A DNA stretch of 64,000 nucleotides from an uncultured Verrucomicrobiae bacterium. Lineage in GTDB: Bacteria > Verrucomicrobiota > Verrucomicrobiia > Limisphaerales > Palsa-1400. The notes beneath the pieces were generated by a model that saw nothing but the letters and a program-made list of their open reading frames with translations, was not told where the DNA came from and did no database searches. Positions 32,355-41,234 of this stretch are shown here, piece by piece. The DNA lies in contig CAVPOM010000002.1 of NCBI GenBank assembly GCA_963707025.1, positions 32,001 to 96,000 on the forward strand, given 5' to 3'. Within the stretch, counting starts at the first letter, position 1. Every line of letters starts with the position of its first letter. A program made the position numbers and the translations under genes.

Positions 32355-32760
32355 CCATCTCGGAATCGCCGTCCCCTCCCTCGATCAAGCCGTGCCTTAC
32401 TATGAAGAGGCGCTGGGCCTCAAATGTGAGCGCCGTGAAGAAGTCACTTCGCAACGGGTCCGCACCGCCTTCTTTTCCGTCGGCGAAGTTCACCTCGAAC
32501 TCCTCGAGCCCACCAGCCCGGACAGTCCCATCGCGAAGTTCCTTGAGAAACATCCCGCCGGCGGCCTCCATCATGTTGCCTTCCGCGTGGATAATGTCGA
32601 AAGCCAGCTTCGTCAGGCCTCCAGCGCGGGCGTGAAGCTCATTGACGAAAAACCCTTCGCTGGCGCCGGCGGCATGTCCGTCGCCTTTCTCCATCCCAAA
32701 TCAACCTTTGGCGTGCTCACCGAGTTATGCGCCCCAATGAAAGTGGCCAGTGGCCAGTGA
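32338..32760 (+). CDS. mce: Methylmalonyl-CoA epimerase
   Basis: IDHLGIAV, LELLEP, GLHHVAF, VAFLHPKSTFGVLTELC; operon context. Confidence 0.94.
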   Translation: MITKIDHLGIAVPSLDQAVPYYEEALGLKCERREEVTSQRVRTAFFSVGEVHLELLEPTSPDSPIAKFLEKHPAGGLHHVAFRVDNVESQLRQASSAGVKLIDEKPFAGAGGMSVAFLHPKSTFGVLTELCAPMKVASGQ

Positions 32761-32780
32761 CCAGTGACCAGTGCAGAGTG
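32743..32780 (+). repeat. Heptamer tandem array (GTGRCCA)n, left flank of the four-helix-bundle gene
   Basis: GTGGCCA GTGGCCA GTGACCA GTGACCA GTGCAGA GTG. Confidence 0.88.
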
Positions 32781-32786
32781 AAACGC

Positions 32787-33152
32787 ATGAAAATCAACGA
32801 TTATAGAGATCTGATTGTTTGGCGGAAGGCGATGGATTTGGCGGCGGAGGTCCATCTCCTCAGCAAAGCCTTTCCGCGGGACGAGCTTTACGGCCTGACA
32901 AGCCAGGTGCGCCGGGCGGCGGTTTCCGTGCCATCGAACATCGCCGAAGGCCAGGCGCGGCAATCCACAGCCGAGTTCTTGAATTTCCTCTCGATTGCTC
33001 AAGGATCACTGGCCGAGGTTGACACCCAGCTCCTGCTCGCCCAGCGTTTCCATTACTTGACTGGGGAGATGACAGCAAAGGCAGCCTCCCTGATCATCGA
33101 AGTCTCCAAGATGCTATTCTCTCTCCGCGCCAAACTAACCCCTCTTCGCTGA
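32787..33152 (+). CDS. Four helix bundle protein (23S rRNA IVP / Avd-like family)
   Basis: YRDLIVWRKAM, FP.DE.YGLTSQ.RRAAVSVPSNIAEG, FL.IA.GSLAE.DTQ. Confidence 0.94.
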   Translation: MKINDYRDLIVWRKAMDLAAEVHLLSKAFPRDELYGLTSQVRRAAVSVPSNIAEGQARQSTAEFLNFLSIAQGSLAEVDTQLLLAQRFHYLTGEMTAKAASLIIEVSKMLFSLRAKLTPLR

Positions 33153-33178
33153 CCAATAGCCACTAACCCCTAACCACT
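33150..33178 (-). repeat. Inverted heptamer array, right flank of the four-helix-bundle gene
   Basis: TGACCAA TAGCCAC TAACCCC TAACCAC; reverse complement GTGGTTA GGGGTTA GTGGCTA TTGGTCA. Confidence 0.75.
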
Positions 33179-33182
33179 CCTT

Positions 33183-34736
33183 ATGTCAGTGTTGAAAAAA
33201 CTGTTGACCGATCTCGAAAAACGCCGCGCCACCGCGCGGGCCGGCGGGGGCCAGGACAAACTGGACGCTCGTCGCAAAAAAGGCCTCATGTCCGCCCGGG
33301 ATCGCCTCGACGCCCTTTTCCAAACCGGCGCCTTCCAGGAATCCGGCCTTCATGCCGGTCACGATTGCCACAACTTCGGCATGGAGGATAAGTCCATGCC
33401 CGCCGATGGGGTGATCACGGGCACCGGCCTTGTGGACGGCCGTGTCATCGCCGCCTTCAGCCAGGATTTCACAGTCGGCGGCGGCGCTTTGGGTCGCATT
33501 CACTCCAAGAAAATCTGCGACGTGATGGATTATGCCCTCAAGATCGGCTGCCCGGTCATCGGCATCAACGATTCGGGCGGCGCCCGCATCCAGGAAGGTT
33601 TCGACTCCCTCTCCGCCTACGGCCAGGTGTTTTTTCGCAACGTCCTTCTTTCCGGGGTGGTGCCGCAGATTGCCATTATTGCCGGGCCTTGCGCGGGGGG
33701 CGCGGCTTATTCGCCCGCTTTGATGGATTTTCTCATCATGGTCAAAGGCAGCGCCAACATGTTCATCTGCGGGCCGGAAGTCATTCAGGCGGTCACTGGC
33801 CAGAAATGCACGATGGATGAAATCGGCAGCGCCGCCACCAACGCCGCCATTAGCGGCAACGTTCATTTCGTCGCCGACTCTGACGCCCACGCCATCCAAA
33901 TTGCCCGCCGCCTTCTCACTTTCCTCCCCTCCAACAACCTGCTGGATCCGCCTCACCTGCCCGCCCATCAGATTGATTTGAGCGCCGACCCGGAAATGGA
34001 CCGGCTCCTCCCGGAATCCTCCAAAGACGCCCTCGACATCCACAAAGTTATTGCCCGTCTGGTGGACAACGCCGAACTGCTCGAAGTCATGGCCGAATGG
34101 GCGCGCAACATCGTCATTGGCTTTGCCCGCATTCAGGGCATGGTCGTCGGCATCGTCGCCAACAACCCCGGCGTTAAAGCCGGCACCCTGGATATTGATT
34201 CTTCCGACAAAGCCGCCCGCTTCATCCGCTTCTGCAATGTTTTCAACATCCCGCTGGTTACTCTGGTGGACATCCCCGGTTTCATGCCCGGCCTACAGCA
34301 GGAGCGCGGCGGCATCATCCGGCACGGCGCGAAAATGCTCTTCGCTTATGCTTCCGCCACCGTTCCTAAAATAACGGTCATTCTCCGCAAGGCCTATGGC
34401 GGCGCCTATCTGGCCATGTGCAGCTCCGACATGGGCGCGGATTTTGTTTTCGCCTGGCCCACCGCTGAAATCGCCGTCATGGGCGCCGAGGGCGCGGTCA
34501 AAATTCTTTACCGGCGCGAGATCGCCGCCGCCAAGGACCCAAAGGCCAGGGAGGCGGAACTGGTGGCCGAATACCGCGAGCAATTCTGTTCACCCTACCA
34601 AGCCGCCAAAAAGGCCATGATCACCGACGTCATCGCCCCTTCCGAAACCCGCGCCAGGATCTCCATGGCCCTGCGCAACACCCTGACCAAGCGCGAATCC
34701 CGTCCCTCCAAGAAACACGGGACCATCCCGCTCTAA
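33183..34736 (+). CDS. Acyl-CoA carboxyltransferase subunit (PccB / MmdA / transcarboxylase 12S-like)
   Basis: QDFTVGGG, DSGGARIQEG, GPCAGGAAYSPAL, GIIRHGAK, RKAYGGAY, KKHG.IPL. Confidence 0.95.
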   Translation: MSVLKKLLTDLEKRRATARAGGGQDKLDARRKKGLMSARDRLDALFQTGAFQESGLHAGHDCHNFGMEDKSMPADGVITGTGLVDGRVIAAFSQDFTVGGGALGRIHSKKICDVMDYALKIGCPVIGINDSGGARIQEGFDSLSAYGQVFFRNVLLSGVVPQIAIIAGPCAGGAAYSPALMDFLIMVKGSANMFICGPEVIQAVTGQKCTMDEIGSAATNAAISGNVHFVADSDAHAIQIARRLLTFLPSNNLLDPPHLPAHQIDLSADPEMDRLLPESSKDALDIHKVIARLVDNAELLEVMAEWARNIVIGFARIQGMVVGIVANNPGVKAGTLDIDSSDKAARFIRFCNVFNIPLVTLVDIPGFMPGLQQERGGIIRHGAKMLFAYASATVPKITVILRKAYGGAYLAMCSSDMGADFVFAWPTAEIAVMGAEGAVKILYRREIAAAKDPKAREAELVAEYREQFCSPYQAAKKAMITDVIAPSETRARISMALRNTLTKRESRPSKKHGTIPL

Positions 34737-34742
34737 ACCGCC

Positions 34743-35156
34743 ATGTCCACCCTCGAGATTTTCATATCCCAGGTTGTCATTTCACTGTTGGTGGTGACCC
34801 TCTACCACCTGTGGGCATCCCGCCACAAACAAGCTGCGCCCCCCAATCCCAATCTTAATCGCAATCCTATTCTCCCGTCCGTCCCCCACTCTCACCAACT
34901 TGCGCCCCCCGCCTCGGCGCCGCCGGCGACATCCCTCCCCGCCGTCGCCGCCCCCATTCCGGTGCCGCCCAAACCCCTGCCCGCCCCGCAAGCAACGCCG
35001 CCCGAAATTCTCGCCGTCATTGCCGCGGCCATAGCCGTAGTTCTTGGCCGCCCGCACCGGGTGGTTTCCATCGAGCAGACGGCCTACACGCCGGAACTCA
35101 ATGTCTGGGCGCTGGAAGGCCGCATGAAACATTTCATGTCCCACAAGGTCCGCTAA
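34743..35156 (+). CDS. Small membrane-anchored accessory subunit (OadG/MmdD-like)
   Basis: N-terminal TM, Pro/Ala linker, EILAVIAAAIA...W.LEGR..H; lies between carboxyltransferase and biotin carrier. Confidence 0.7.
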   Translation: MSTLEIFISQVVISLLVVTLYHLWASRHKQAAPPNPNLNRNPILPSVPHSHQLAPPASAPPATSLPAVAAPIPVPPKPLPAPQATPPEILAVIAAAIAVVLGRPHRVVSIEQTAYTPELNVWALEGRMKHFMSHKVR

Positions 35157-35177
35157 CCATTTTTGCAAACCAGACCC

Positions 35178-35567
35178 ATGACCAAAAGACTTCGCGTAAC
35201 AGTGGATGGCAAAACTTACGATGTGACCGTCGAAGTTCCCGATGAACCGGACGCTCCCGTCCATCCCGCTCCCCCTCCTTTCAGCGCGCCCTCCCTGCCT
35301 CCTCCTTCCGCGCCTCCTCCTCCTGCGCCCATCGTAAAAACCGCCGCTGCCCCCGGAGAGGTGCCCAGCCCTCTGGCGGGCCGGGTCGTCGCCATCCTGG
35401 TCAAACCCGGCCAGGAGGTCAAACAAGGCGATCAACTGCTCACCGTCGAAGCGATGAAGATGAACACCTCTGTCTCCGCCCCGAGAACGGGCAAAGTGGC
35501 CGAAATTCTGACCACCATCAGTGCTGCCGTTGACGAAGGCCAGATTCTGGCGCGCATCGAGGATTAG
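35178..35567 (+). CDS. Biotin carboxyl carrier protein (1.3S/MmdC-like)
   Basis: LRVTVDGKTYDVTVE, Pro linker, SPLAG, EAMKM biotinylation motif. Confidence 0.94.
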   Translation: MTKRLRVTVDGKTYDVTVEVPDEPDAPVHPAPPPFSAPSLPPPSAPPPPAPIVKTAAAPGEVPSPLAGRVVAILVKPGQEVKQGDQLLTVEAMKMNTSVSAPRTGKVAEILTTISAAVDEGQILARIED

Positions 35568-35571
35568 ACCC

Positions 35572-36333
35572 ATGACTTCGCCGGCAACAGTGGCGGGTTC
35601 TGTGCTTTGCGACGGCTGGCATCTCCATGAGATGGCCCTCGCCAACTCGACCAACCTTGTCGCCGCCAATCTTTCTCCCTGGGATGCTGTCCGCGCCGAC
35701 CGCCAGACGGCCGGCCGGGGGCGTTTTCAGCGCGGCTGGGTTTCTGACCACGGCGGCTTATGGCTCTCCGCCGTTGTTCCAACCGGACCGAAGGCCGCCG
35801 ATGGGCGGGCCTTGCCTCTGGCGGTGGGCCTGGCCGTGTGCGATGCCCTCCGTTCCATCGGCTTGCCACACTTCCGCCTCCGATGGCCCAATGATGTCCT
35901 CGTCCAGGACCGCAAGCTCGCCGGATTGTTGGTGGACCAGTTCGTGCCCGGACGGGCGGTGGCCGGCATCGGCATCAATGTATTCAATCAACCCGAAACT
36001 CACGATCCCGCCTTGAAAAATCAAACCGCCCGCCTGGCCGATCTCATGCCCGCCCCGCCGGACTTGCCTCGCATGACCCAGGTTGTCCTGGCCAGCTTGC
36101 GGCGGGTCGTGGGCCAAATGCAGGCCGGCGGATTCGCCGCGCTGCTTCCCCGCATCAACCAGCTATGGGGCGGCCCGCGCCAGGTCGAATTGGAATTGGA
36201 TGACGGCCTGCGCCGCGGCACTTTTGCCGGCGTGGGCCAGGAGGGACAGTTGCTGCTGTGGCACGATTCCGGCAACCAGGCCGCTTATCATGCTTATCAA
36301 GTCCGGCATTTGAAAGAAGTTGACCCATTATGA
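35572..36333 (+). CDS. birA: Biotin-protein ligase
   Basis: STN, QTAGRGR..R.W.S, RWPND, KLAGLL, GIGINV. Confidence 0.92.
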   Translation: MTSPATVAGSVLCDGWHLHEMALANSTNLVAANLSPWDAVRADRQTAGRGRFQRGWVSDHGGLWLSAVVPTGPKAADGRALPLAVGLAVCDALRSIGLPHFRLRWPNDVLVQDRKLAGLLVDQFVPGRAVAGIGINVFNQPETHDPALKNQTARLADLMPAPPDLPRMTQVVLASLRRVVGQMQAGGFAALLPRINQLWGGPRQVELELDDGLRRGTFAGVGQEGQLLLWHDSGNQAAYHAYQVRHLKEVDPL

Positions 36334-37820
36334 GCGATCCCTTCCCACGCCTTGCCGCCGCCGAGGCCGCACTACAAATTCAAAATGCCCAAACCGTTGC
36401 TTTCAGCGGCTTCACCCCCGCTGGCGCCCCCAAGGAAATCCCCAAGGCCATCGCCGCCCGCGCCTCGCATATGCATGCCGCCGGCCAGCCCTTCCGCATC
36501 GGCGTCATCACCGGCGCTTCCACCGGCCATTCGCTCGACGGTTCGCTCGCCTGCGCCGACGCCATCCTTTTCCGCACCCCATACCAGAACGATCCCGATT
36601 TGCGCAAAAGCATCAACGAGGGGCGCACTAAGTTCTACGACATGCACCTGTCCATGTTGCCCCAGGCTGTTCGCTACGGCTTTCTCGGCCCCGTCCACTG
36701 GGCCGTCATTGAAGCCTGCGATCTGACCGCCTCCGGCGAGATTACCCTCACCGCCTCCGTCGGCGCCGCCCCCACCTTTTGCCGCGTTGCCGGCAAAATC
36801 CTCATCGAACTCAACCGGTTCCATCCCCAGGACCTTCGCGGCTTTCACGACATCTACCAACCCGAAGACCCGCCCCATCGCCAACCGGTGCCGGTCCTGC
36901 GCCCCGACGACCACATCGGCACTCCCACCATCAAAGTGGATCCGGGGAAAATCGCGGGCGTGGTCGAGACCAACCAGCCTGATGAAGTGGGTTCTTTCAG
37001 CGCCATCGCCAGCGCCACCGCCCGTATCGGGGAAAACGTCGCCGGTTTTCTCGCCTCTGAACTTCAGCGCGGCCTCATCCCGGCGTCGTTCCTCCCCATT
37101 CAGTCCGGCGTCGGCGACACCGCCAATGCCGTCCTCAAGGCCATGGGCGGGCACCCGAAAATCCCGATGTTTGACATGTACACCGAGGTCATTCAGGACG
37201 CGGTGATTGACCTCATCCAGAACGACAAGGTCCGCTTTGCCAGCGGTTGTTCCCTCACCGTCAGCAACCCCGTCCTGCGCGACATCTACCAGCATCTTGA
37301 ATTCTTCCGTTCCAGGCTGCTGCTGCGCCCCCAGGAAATCAGCAACAGCCCCGAAATCATCCGCCGCCTGGGCATCCTTTCCATCAACACTGCGCTCGAG
37401 GTGGACATCACCGGCAACGTCAACAGCACCCATGTCCTGGGGCGCAGCATGATGAGCGGCATCGGCGGCTCCGGCGACTTTGCCCGCAACGCCTTCCTTT
37501 CCATTTTCACCTGCCCCTCCACCGCCAAAGCCGGCAAGATCAGCACCATCGTTCCCCTGGTCAGCCATCTGGACAGCAGCGAACACTCCGTTCAAGTCAT
37601 CATCACCGAACAAGGCGTGGCCGATCTGCGCGGCAAGTCCCCGGCCGAGCGCGCCAAAACCCTCATCGAAAACTGCGCCCATCCCGACTACCGCTCCCTC
37701 TTGCGCGACTACGTGGCCCTGGCCGGAGTCGGCCATTCGCCGCAGACTCTCCGCGCCGCTTTCGCCATGCATCTCGCCTTCGGCGCCTCCGGCGACATGC
37801 GCGCCGTCCATTGGCAATGA
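36330..37820 (+). CDS. Succinate CoA-transferase (acetyl-CoA hydrolase/transferase family; propionyl-CoA:succinate type)
   Basis: SGFTPAG.PK, TGASTG, QSGVG, YTEVIQD, LRPQEISN.PE, GIGGSGDF.RN, TEQGVADLRG. Confidence 0.93.
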   Translation: MSDPFPRLAAAEAALQIQNAQTVAFSGFTPAGAPKEIPKAIAARASHMHAAGQPFRIGVITGASTGHSLDGSLACADAILFRTPYQNDPDLRKSINEGRTKFYDMHLSMLPQAVRYGFLGPVHWAVIEACDLTASGEITLTASVGAAPTFCRVAGKILIELNRFHPQDLRGFHDIYQPEDPPHRQPVPVLRPDDHIGTPTIKVDPGKIAGVVETNQPDEVGSFSAIASATARIGENVAGFLASELQRGLIPASFLPIQSGVGDTANAVLKAMGGHPKIPMFDMYTEVIQDAVIDLIQNDKVRFASGCSLTVSNPVLRDIYQHLEFFRSRLLLRPQEISNSPEIIRRLGILSINTALEVDITGNVNSTHVLGRSMMSGIGGSGDFARNAFLSIFTCPSTAKAGKISTIVPLVSHLDSSEHSVQVIITEQGVADLRGKSPAERAKTLIENCAHPDYRSLLRDYVALAGVGHSPQTLRAAFAMHLAFGASGDMRAVHWQ

Positions 37821-37970
37821 TGTGCCGCAGCGTGGTTCCATCGGTCCGCCGGCGGGGCCAGAACTCCGTCCAGGCCCGGCTCGATCCCGGGGTTGGGGAG
37901 AGGGAGTTCATTGAGCCAGGGGTGGTTGTCTCAAGATACGCCCGGCTCAATTTCAACTGCTGATTTAAAT

Positions 37971-38012
37971 TTCATTTTGCCTTTTTCATTTTGCATTCTG
38001 CATTTTGCATTT
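37971..38012. repeat. Heptamer tandem repeat (TGCATTT)n
   Basis: TTCATTT TGCCTTT TTCATTT TGCATTC TGCATTT TGCATTT. Confidence 0.8.
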
Positions 38013-38043
38013 CCCCTTGAGCCGTCCGTTGCCTCTTCATCTA

Positions 38044-38072
38044 TTGACTTCACCCGCTCTTTGAGCCACTTT
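38044..38072 (+). promoter_or_regulatory. Putative sigma70 promoter of topB
   Basis: TTGACT + 17 bp + CACTTT, 11 nt before the ATG. Confidence 0.4.
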
Positions 38073-38083
38073 CGCGCACATTC

Positions 38084-40984
38084 ATGGGAAAAGCATTGAT
38101 TATCGCAGAAAAGCCCTCGGTGGCATCGGACATCGCCAAGGCCCTCGGCGGATTCGTCAAGAAGGACGATTTCTTCGAGAGCCCTCAGTTTGTGCTCTCC
38201 TCCGCCGTCGGGCATTTGCTCGAGCTGTGCCTGCCCGAAGGGGTGGAAGTCAAGCGCGGCAAATGGACCTTTGCCCACTTGCCTGTCATTCCGCCGCACT
38301 TCGATCTCCAGCCCATCGAGAAAACCGCCGCCCGCCTCCAGGTTCTGCTCCGCGCCATCAAACGCAAGGATGTGGACCGCCTGATTAATGCTTGCGATGC
38401 CGGCCGCGAAGGCGAATTGATTTTCCGTTACATTGTCCAGCACGCCAAGGCCAAACAACCCATCCAGCGTCTCTGGCTCCAGTCCATGACCCCGGCGGCC
38501 ATCCGCGACGGCTTTGCCGCCTTGCGCTCCGACGCCGAAATGCGTCCGCTGGCCGACGCCGCCATCTGCCGCTCCGAGTCCGATTGGCTCGTCGGCATCA
38601 ACGGCACCCGGGCCATGACCGCCTTCAATTCCAAGTCCGGCGGTTTTCATCTCACCACGGTGGGCCGCGTCCAGACCCCCACCCTCGCCATTTTGGTCGA
38701 ACGCGAGGAGAAAATTAAGAAATTTGCCCCGCGCGATTATTGGGAAGTCCATGGCACCTTCACGGCGCGGGCCGGAGACTATCCGGGACGCTGGTTCGAT
38801 GAGAAATTCAAGAAGGAAGAAAGCGAACTGGATCGCGCCCAACGATTGCTCGCCGGATTGCGGCTCGGCTTGCCCGGCGCTCCGCAACGCCTTGAGGCGG
38901 CGCACGGCTCGCTGTGGGAGGAACATCGCCTGGCCCTGCGCCTTTGGCATCGGGAAATCGCCGACGCCATCCAACAAAAATGCCAGGGAAAACTGGGCGT
39001 CGTCGAACTGGACGAAAAGAAGCCCTCCGCTTCGGCCCCGCCCCTGCTTTACGATTTGACCAGTTTGCAGCGGGACGCCAACGGCCGTTTTGGTTTTTCG
39101 GCCAAGAACACTCTCGGGCTGGCGCAGACCCTTTATGAGAGACACAAAGTGCTGACCTATCCGCGAACGGATTCGCGCGCCCTGCCGGAAGACTATATTG
39201 CCACGGTCAAAACCACTTTGCAGTCCTTGCGCGATTCCCAATATGCGGCCTTGGCCAGTCAAATTTTGCGCAACGACTGGGTTAAACCCAGCAAACGCAT
39301 TTTCAACAACGCCAAGGTTTCCGATCACTTCGCCATCATCCCCACGACCGTCCCGGCCAAACATCTGTCCGAGCCGGAACAGAAATTGTACGATTTGGTG
39401 ACCAAGCGGTTCCTGGCGGTCTTTTATCCGTCCGCCGAGTTTCTCCTGACCACCCGCCTGACCCGCGTCGAAGGCGAGCCTTTCAAGAGCGAAGGCAAAG
39501 TGATGGTCAGGGCCTGGATGGAGGTTTATGGCAAGGAAGTTCCAACGGATGACGCCCCCATCCTCGTGGCCGTTGAACCTGGGGAGAAAGTCAAGGCGAG
39601 CCGGATCGAGGTGCTGGGAACCCCCACCAAGCCCCCGGCGCGCTTTTCCGAAGCCACCCTGCTCTTCGCGATGGAAGGCGCCGGCAAATTGATCGAGGAC
39701 GAGGAATTGCGGGAGGCGATGCGTGACAAAGGCCTCGGCACCCCCGCCACCCGCGCGCAAATCATCGAAGGGTTGATCTGGGAACGATACGTTCTGCGCA
39801 ACGGCCGCGATTTGCAGCCGACCGCCAAGGCCTTTTCCCTCATCACCCTGCTCCGCGGCCTGGATATTCCGCAATTGGTTTCTCCGGAACTGACCGGCGA
39901 CTGGGAATTCAAGCTCAACCAGATGTCGCGCGGCAAATTAAAGCGCGAAGATTTCATGAGGGAAATCGCCCAAGCCACCCGCCAAATCGTGGCCAAGGCC
40001 AAAGGCCATGAAAGCGACACCGTGCCGGGCGATTACGGCGAATTAAAAACGCCCTGCCCAAAATGCGGCGGCGTCATCAAGGAAAACTACAAAAAATTCC
40101 AATGCCAGAAATGCGACTTCTTCCTCTGGAAAATCGTGGCCAGCCGCCAGATGGAAAACGCCGAAGTCGAGGAACTCATCGCCAAGCGGGTGGTGGGGCC
40201 CTTGCAGGGTTTCCGCGGCAAAACCGGCCGGCCCTTTGCCGCCCTGATCAAACTCACCCCTGAACTCAAGGCCGAATTTGACTTCGGCCAGCAGCAGGCC
40301 CAGGACCAGGCCGCCGCCGACGCCCTCGATTTTACCGGGCGCGTGCCCTTCGGCAAGTGCCCGCACTGCGGCTCGCCCGTTTACGAGGAGGGCATGAGTT
40401 ACATCTGCGAAAAAAAGGCGCGCCGCCAGGGCTGCGAATTCTGGACGGGCAAGGTCATTTTGAACCGCCCCCTCGAGCCGGCCCAGGCCCAAAAATTATT
40501 GGCGACAGGCCGCACCGATTTGCTGGAAAAATTCATCTCCAAAAAAGGCCGGCCCTTCAAGGCCTTTCTCGTCGTCGGCGCCGGCGGCCGGGTCGGTTTC
40601 GAGTTCGAGCCGCGCGCCCCGAAAAAACCCGGCGCGGCCGGCGGCCCGGCCGCCCCCGCGGCGCCCGCCGCAAAACCAGACCTGGCCAAAGCGGCGGCCG
40701 TCGCCGTCTGCCCCTTGTGCGGCGGGCGGGTGCTGGAAACGGAGACGCAGTACGTTTGCGAAAAATCCCAGGCCCCAAAAAGGCCGTGCAAGTTCAAGGC
40801 CGGCCGGACCATTTTGGGCCAGCCGCTGGACCGCGCCCAGCTCGGCAAATTGTTGACAGAAGGGCGGACCGATCTCCTGACCGGCTTCATTTCCAAGGCG
40901 GGCAAACCCTTCTCCGCCTTCCTGGTGCTGCAGGACGGCGGCAAGGCCGGCTTCGAATTCCCCTCCCGCGGCGAACCGTCCTGA
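38084..40984 (+). CDS. topB: DNA topoisomerase III with C-terminal zinc-ribbon/C-repeats
   Basis: IIAEKPSVA, ACDAGREGELIF, GRVQTPTL, LTYPRTD, DHFAIIPT, GLGTPATRA; three F.(S/G)K.G(R/K)PF.A repeats. Confidence 0.94.
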   Translation: MGKALIIAEKPSVASDIAKALGGFVKKDDFFESPQFVLSSAVGHLLELCLPEGVEVKRGKWTFAHLPVIPPHFDLQPIEKTAARLQVLLRAIKRKDVDRLINACDAGREGELIFRYIVQHAKAKQPIQRLWLQSMTPAAIRDGFAALRSDAEMRPLADAAICRSESDWLVGINGTRAMTAFNSKSGGFHLTTVGRVQTPTLAILVEREEKIKKFAPRDYWEVHGTFTARAGDYPGRWFDEKFKKEESELDRAQRLLAGLRLGLPGAPQRLEAAHGSLWEEHRLALRLWHREIADAIQQKCQGKLGVVELDEKKPSASAPPLLYDLTSLQRDANGRFGFSAKNTLGLAQTLYERHKVLTYPRTDSRALPEDYIATVKTTLQSLRDSQYAALASQILRNDWVKPSKRIFNNAKVSDHFAIIPTTVPAKHLSEPEQKLYDLVTKRFLAVFYPSAEFLLTTRLTRVEGEPFKSEGKVMVRAWMEVYGKEVPTDDAPILVAVEPGEKVKASRIEVLGTPTKPPARFSEATLLFAMEGAGKLIEDEELREAMRDKGLGTPATRAQIIEGLIWERYVLRNGRDLQPTAKAFSLITLLRGLDIPQLVSPELTGDWEFKLNQMSRGKLKREDFMREIAQATRQIVAKAKGHESDTVPGDYGELKTPCPKCGGVIKENYKKFQCQKCDFFLWKIVASRQMENAEVEELIAKRVVGPLQGFRGKTGRPFAALIKLTPELKAEFDFGQQQAQDQAAADALDFTGRVPFGKCPHCGSPVYEEGMSYICEKKARRQGCEFWTGKVILNRPLEPAQAQKLLATGRTDLLEKFISKKGRPFKAFLVVGAGGRVGFEFEPRAPKKPGAAGGPAAPAAPAAKPDLAKAAAVAVCPLCGGRVLETETQYVCEKSQAPKRPCKFKAGRTILGQPLDRAQLGKLLTEGRTDLLTGFISKAGKPFSAFLVLQDGGKAGFEFPSRGEPS

Positions 40985-41234
40985 GCGCCTTTTGGTTGAC
41001 ACCAAGGCCGCGCGGCATCCTGCCGGGCGTTTCCGCCGGGTCAGACCGGCCCCGTGGAGCGGTTCGAGGCCCCGGCTTTTTGCCCGCAACACATGCAGGC
41101 CGTTGTTGCTGGAAAGGCCGGCGGGTGAACGGGCCGGCGGCGCGGGCCATGATGGGGCCGGACCGGATGGCATGGCCCTTCCCTGGCATGGGAACACCGG
41201 GTCCGCATCGTGTCCACACTAATTATTGGCCGCC

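Noticed and set aside
32787..33152. Avd-like gene as part of a diversity-generating retroelement
   Set aside because: No reverse transcriptase, and no TR/VR pair with adenine-specific mismatches; the 327-bp repeat mismatches are mostly not at A
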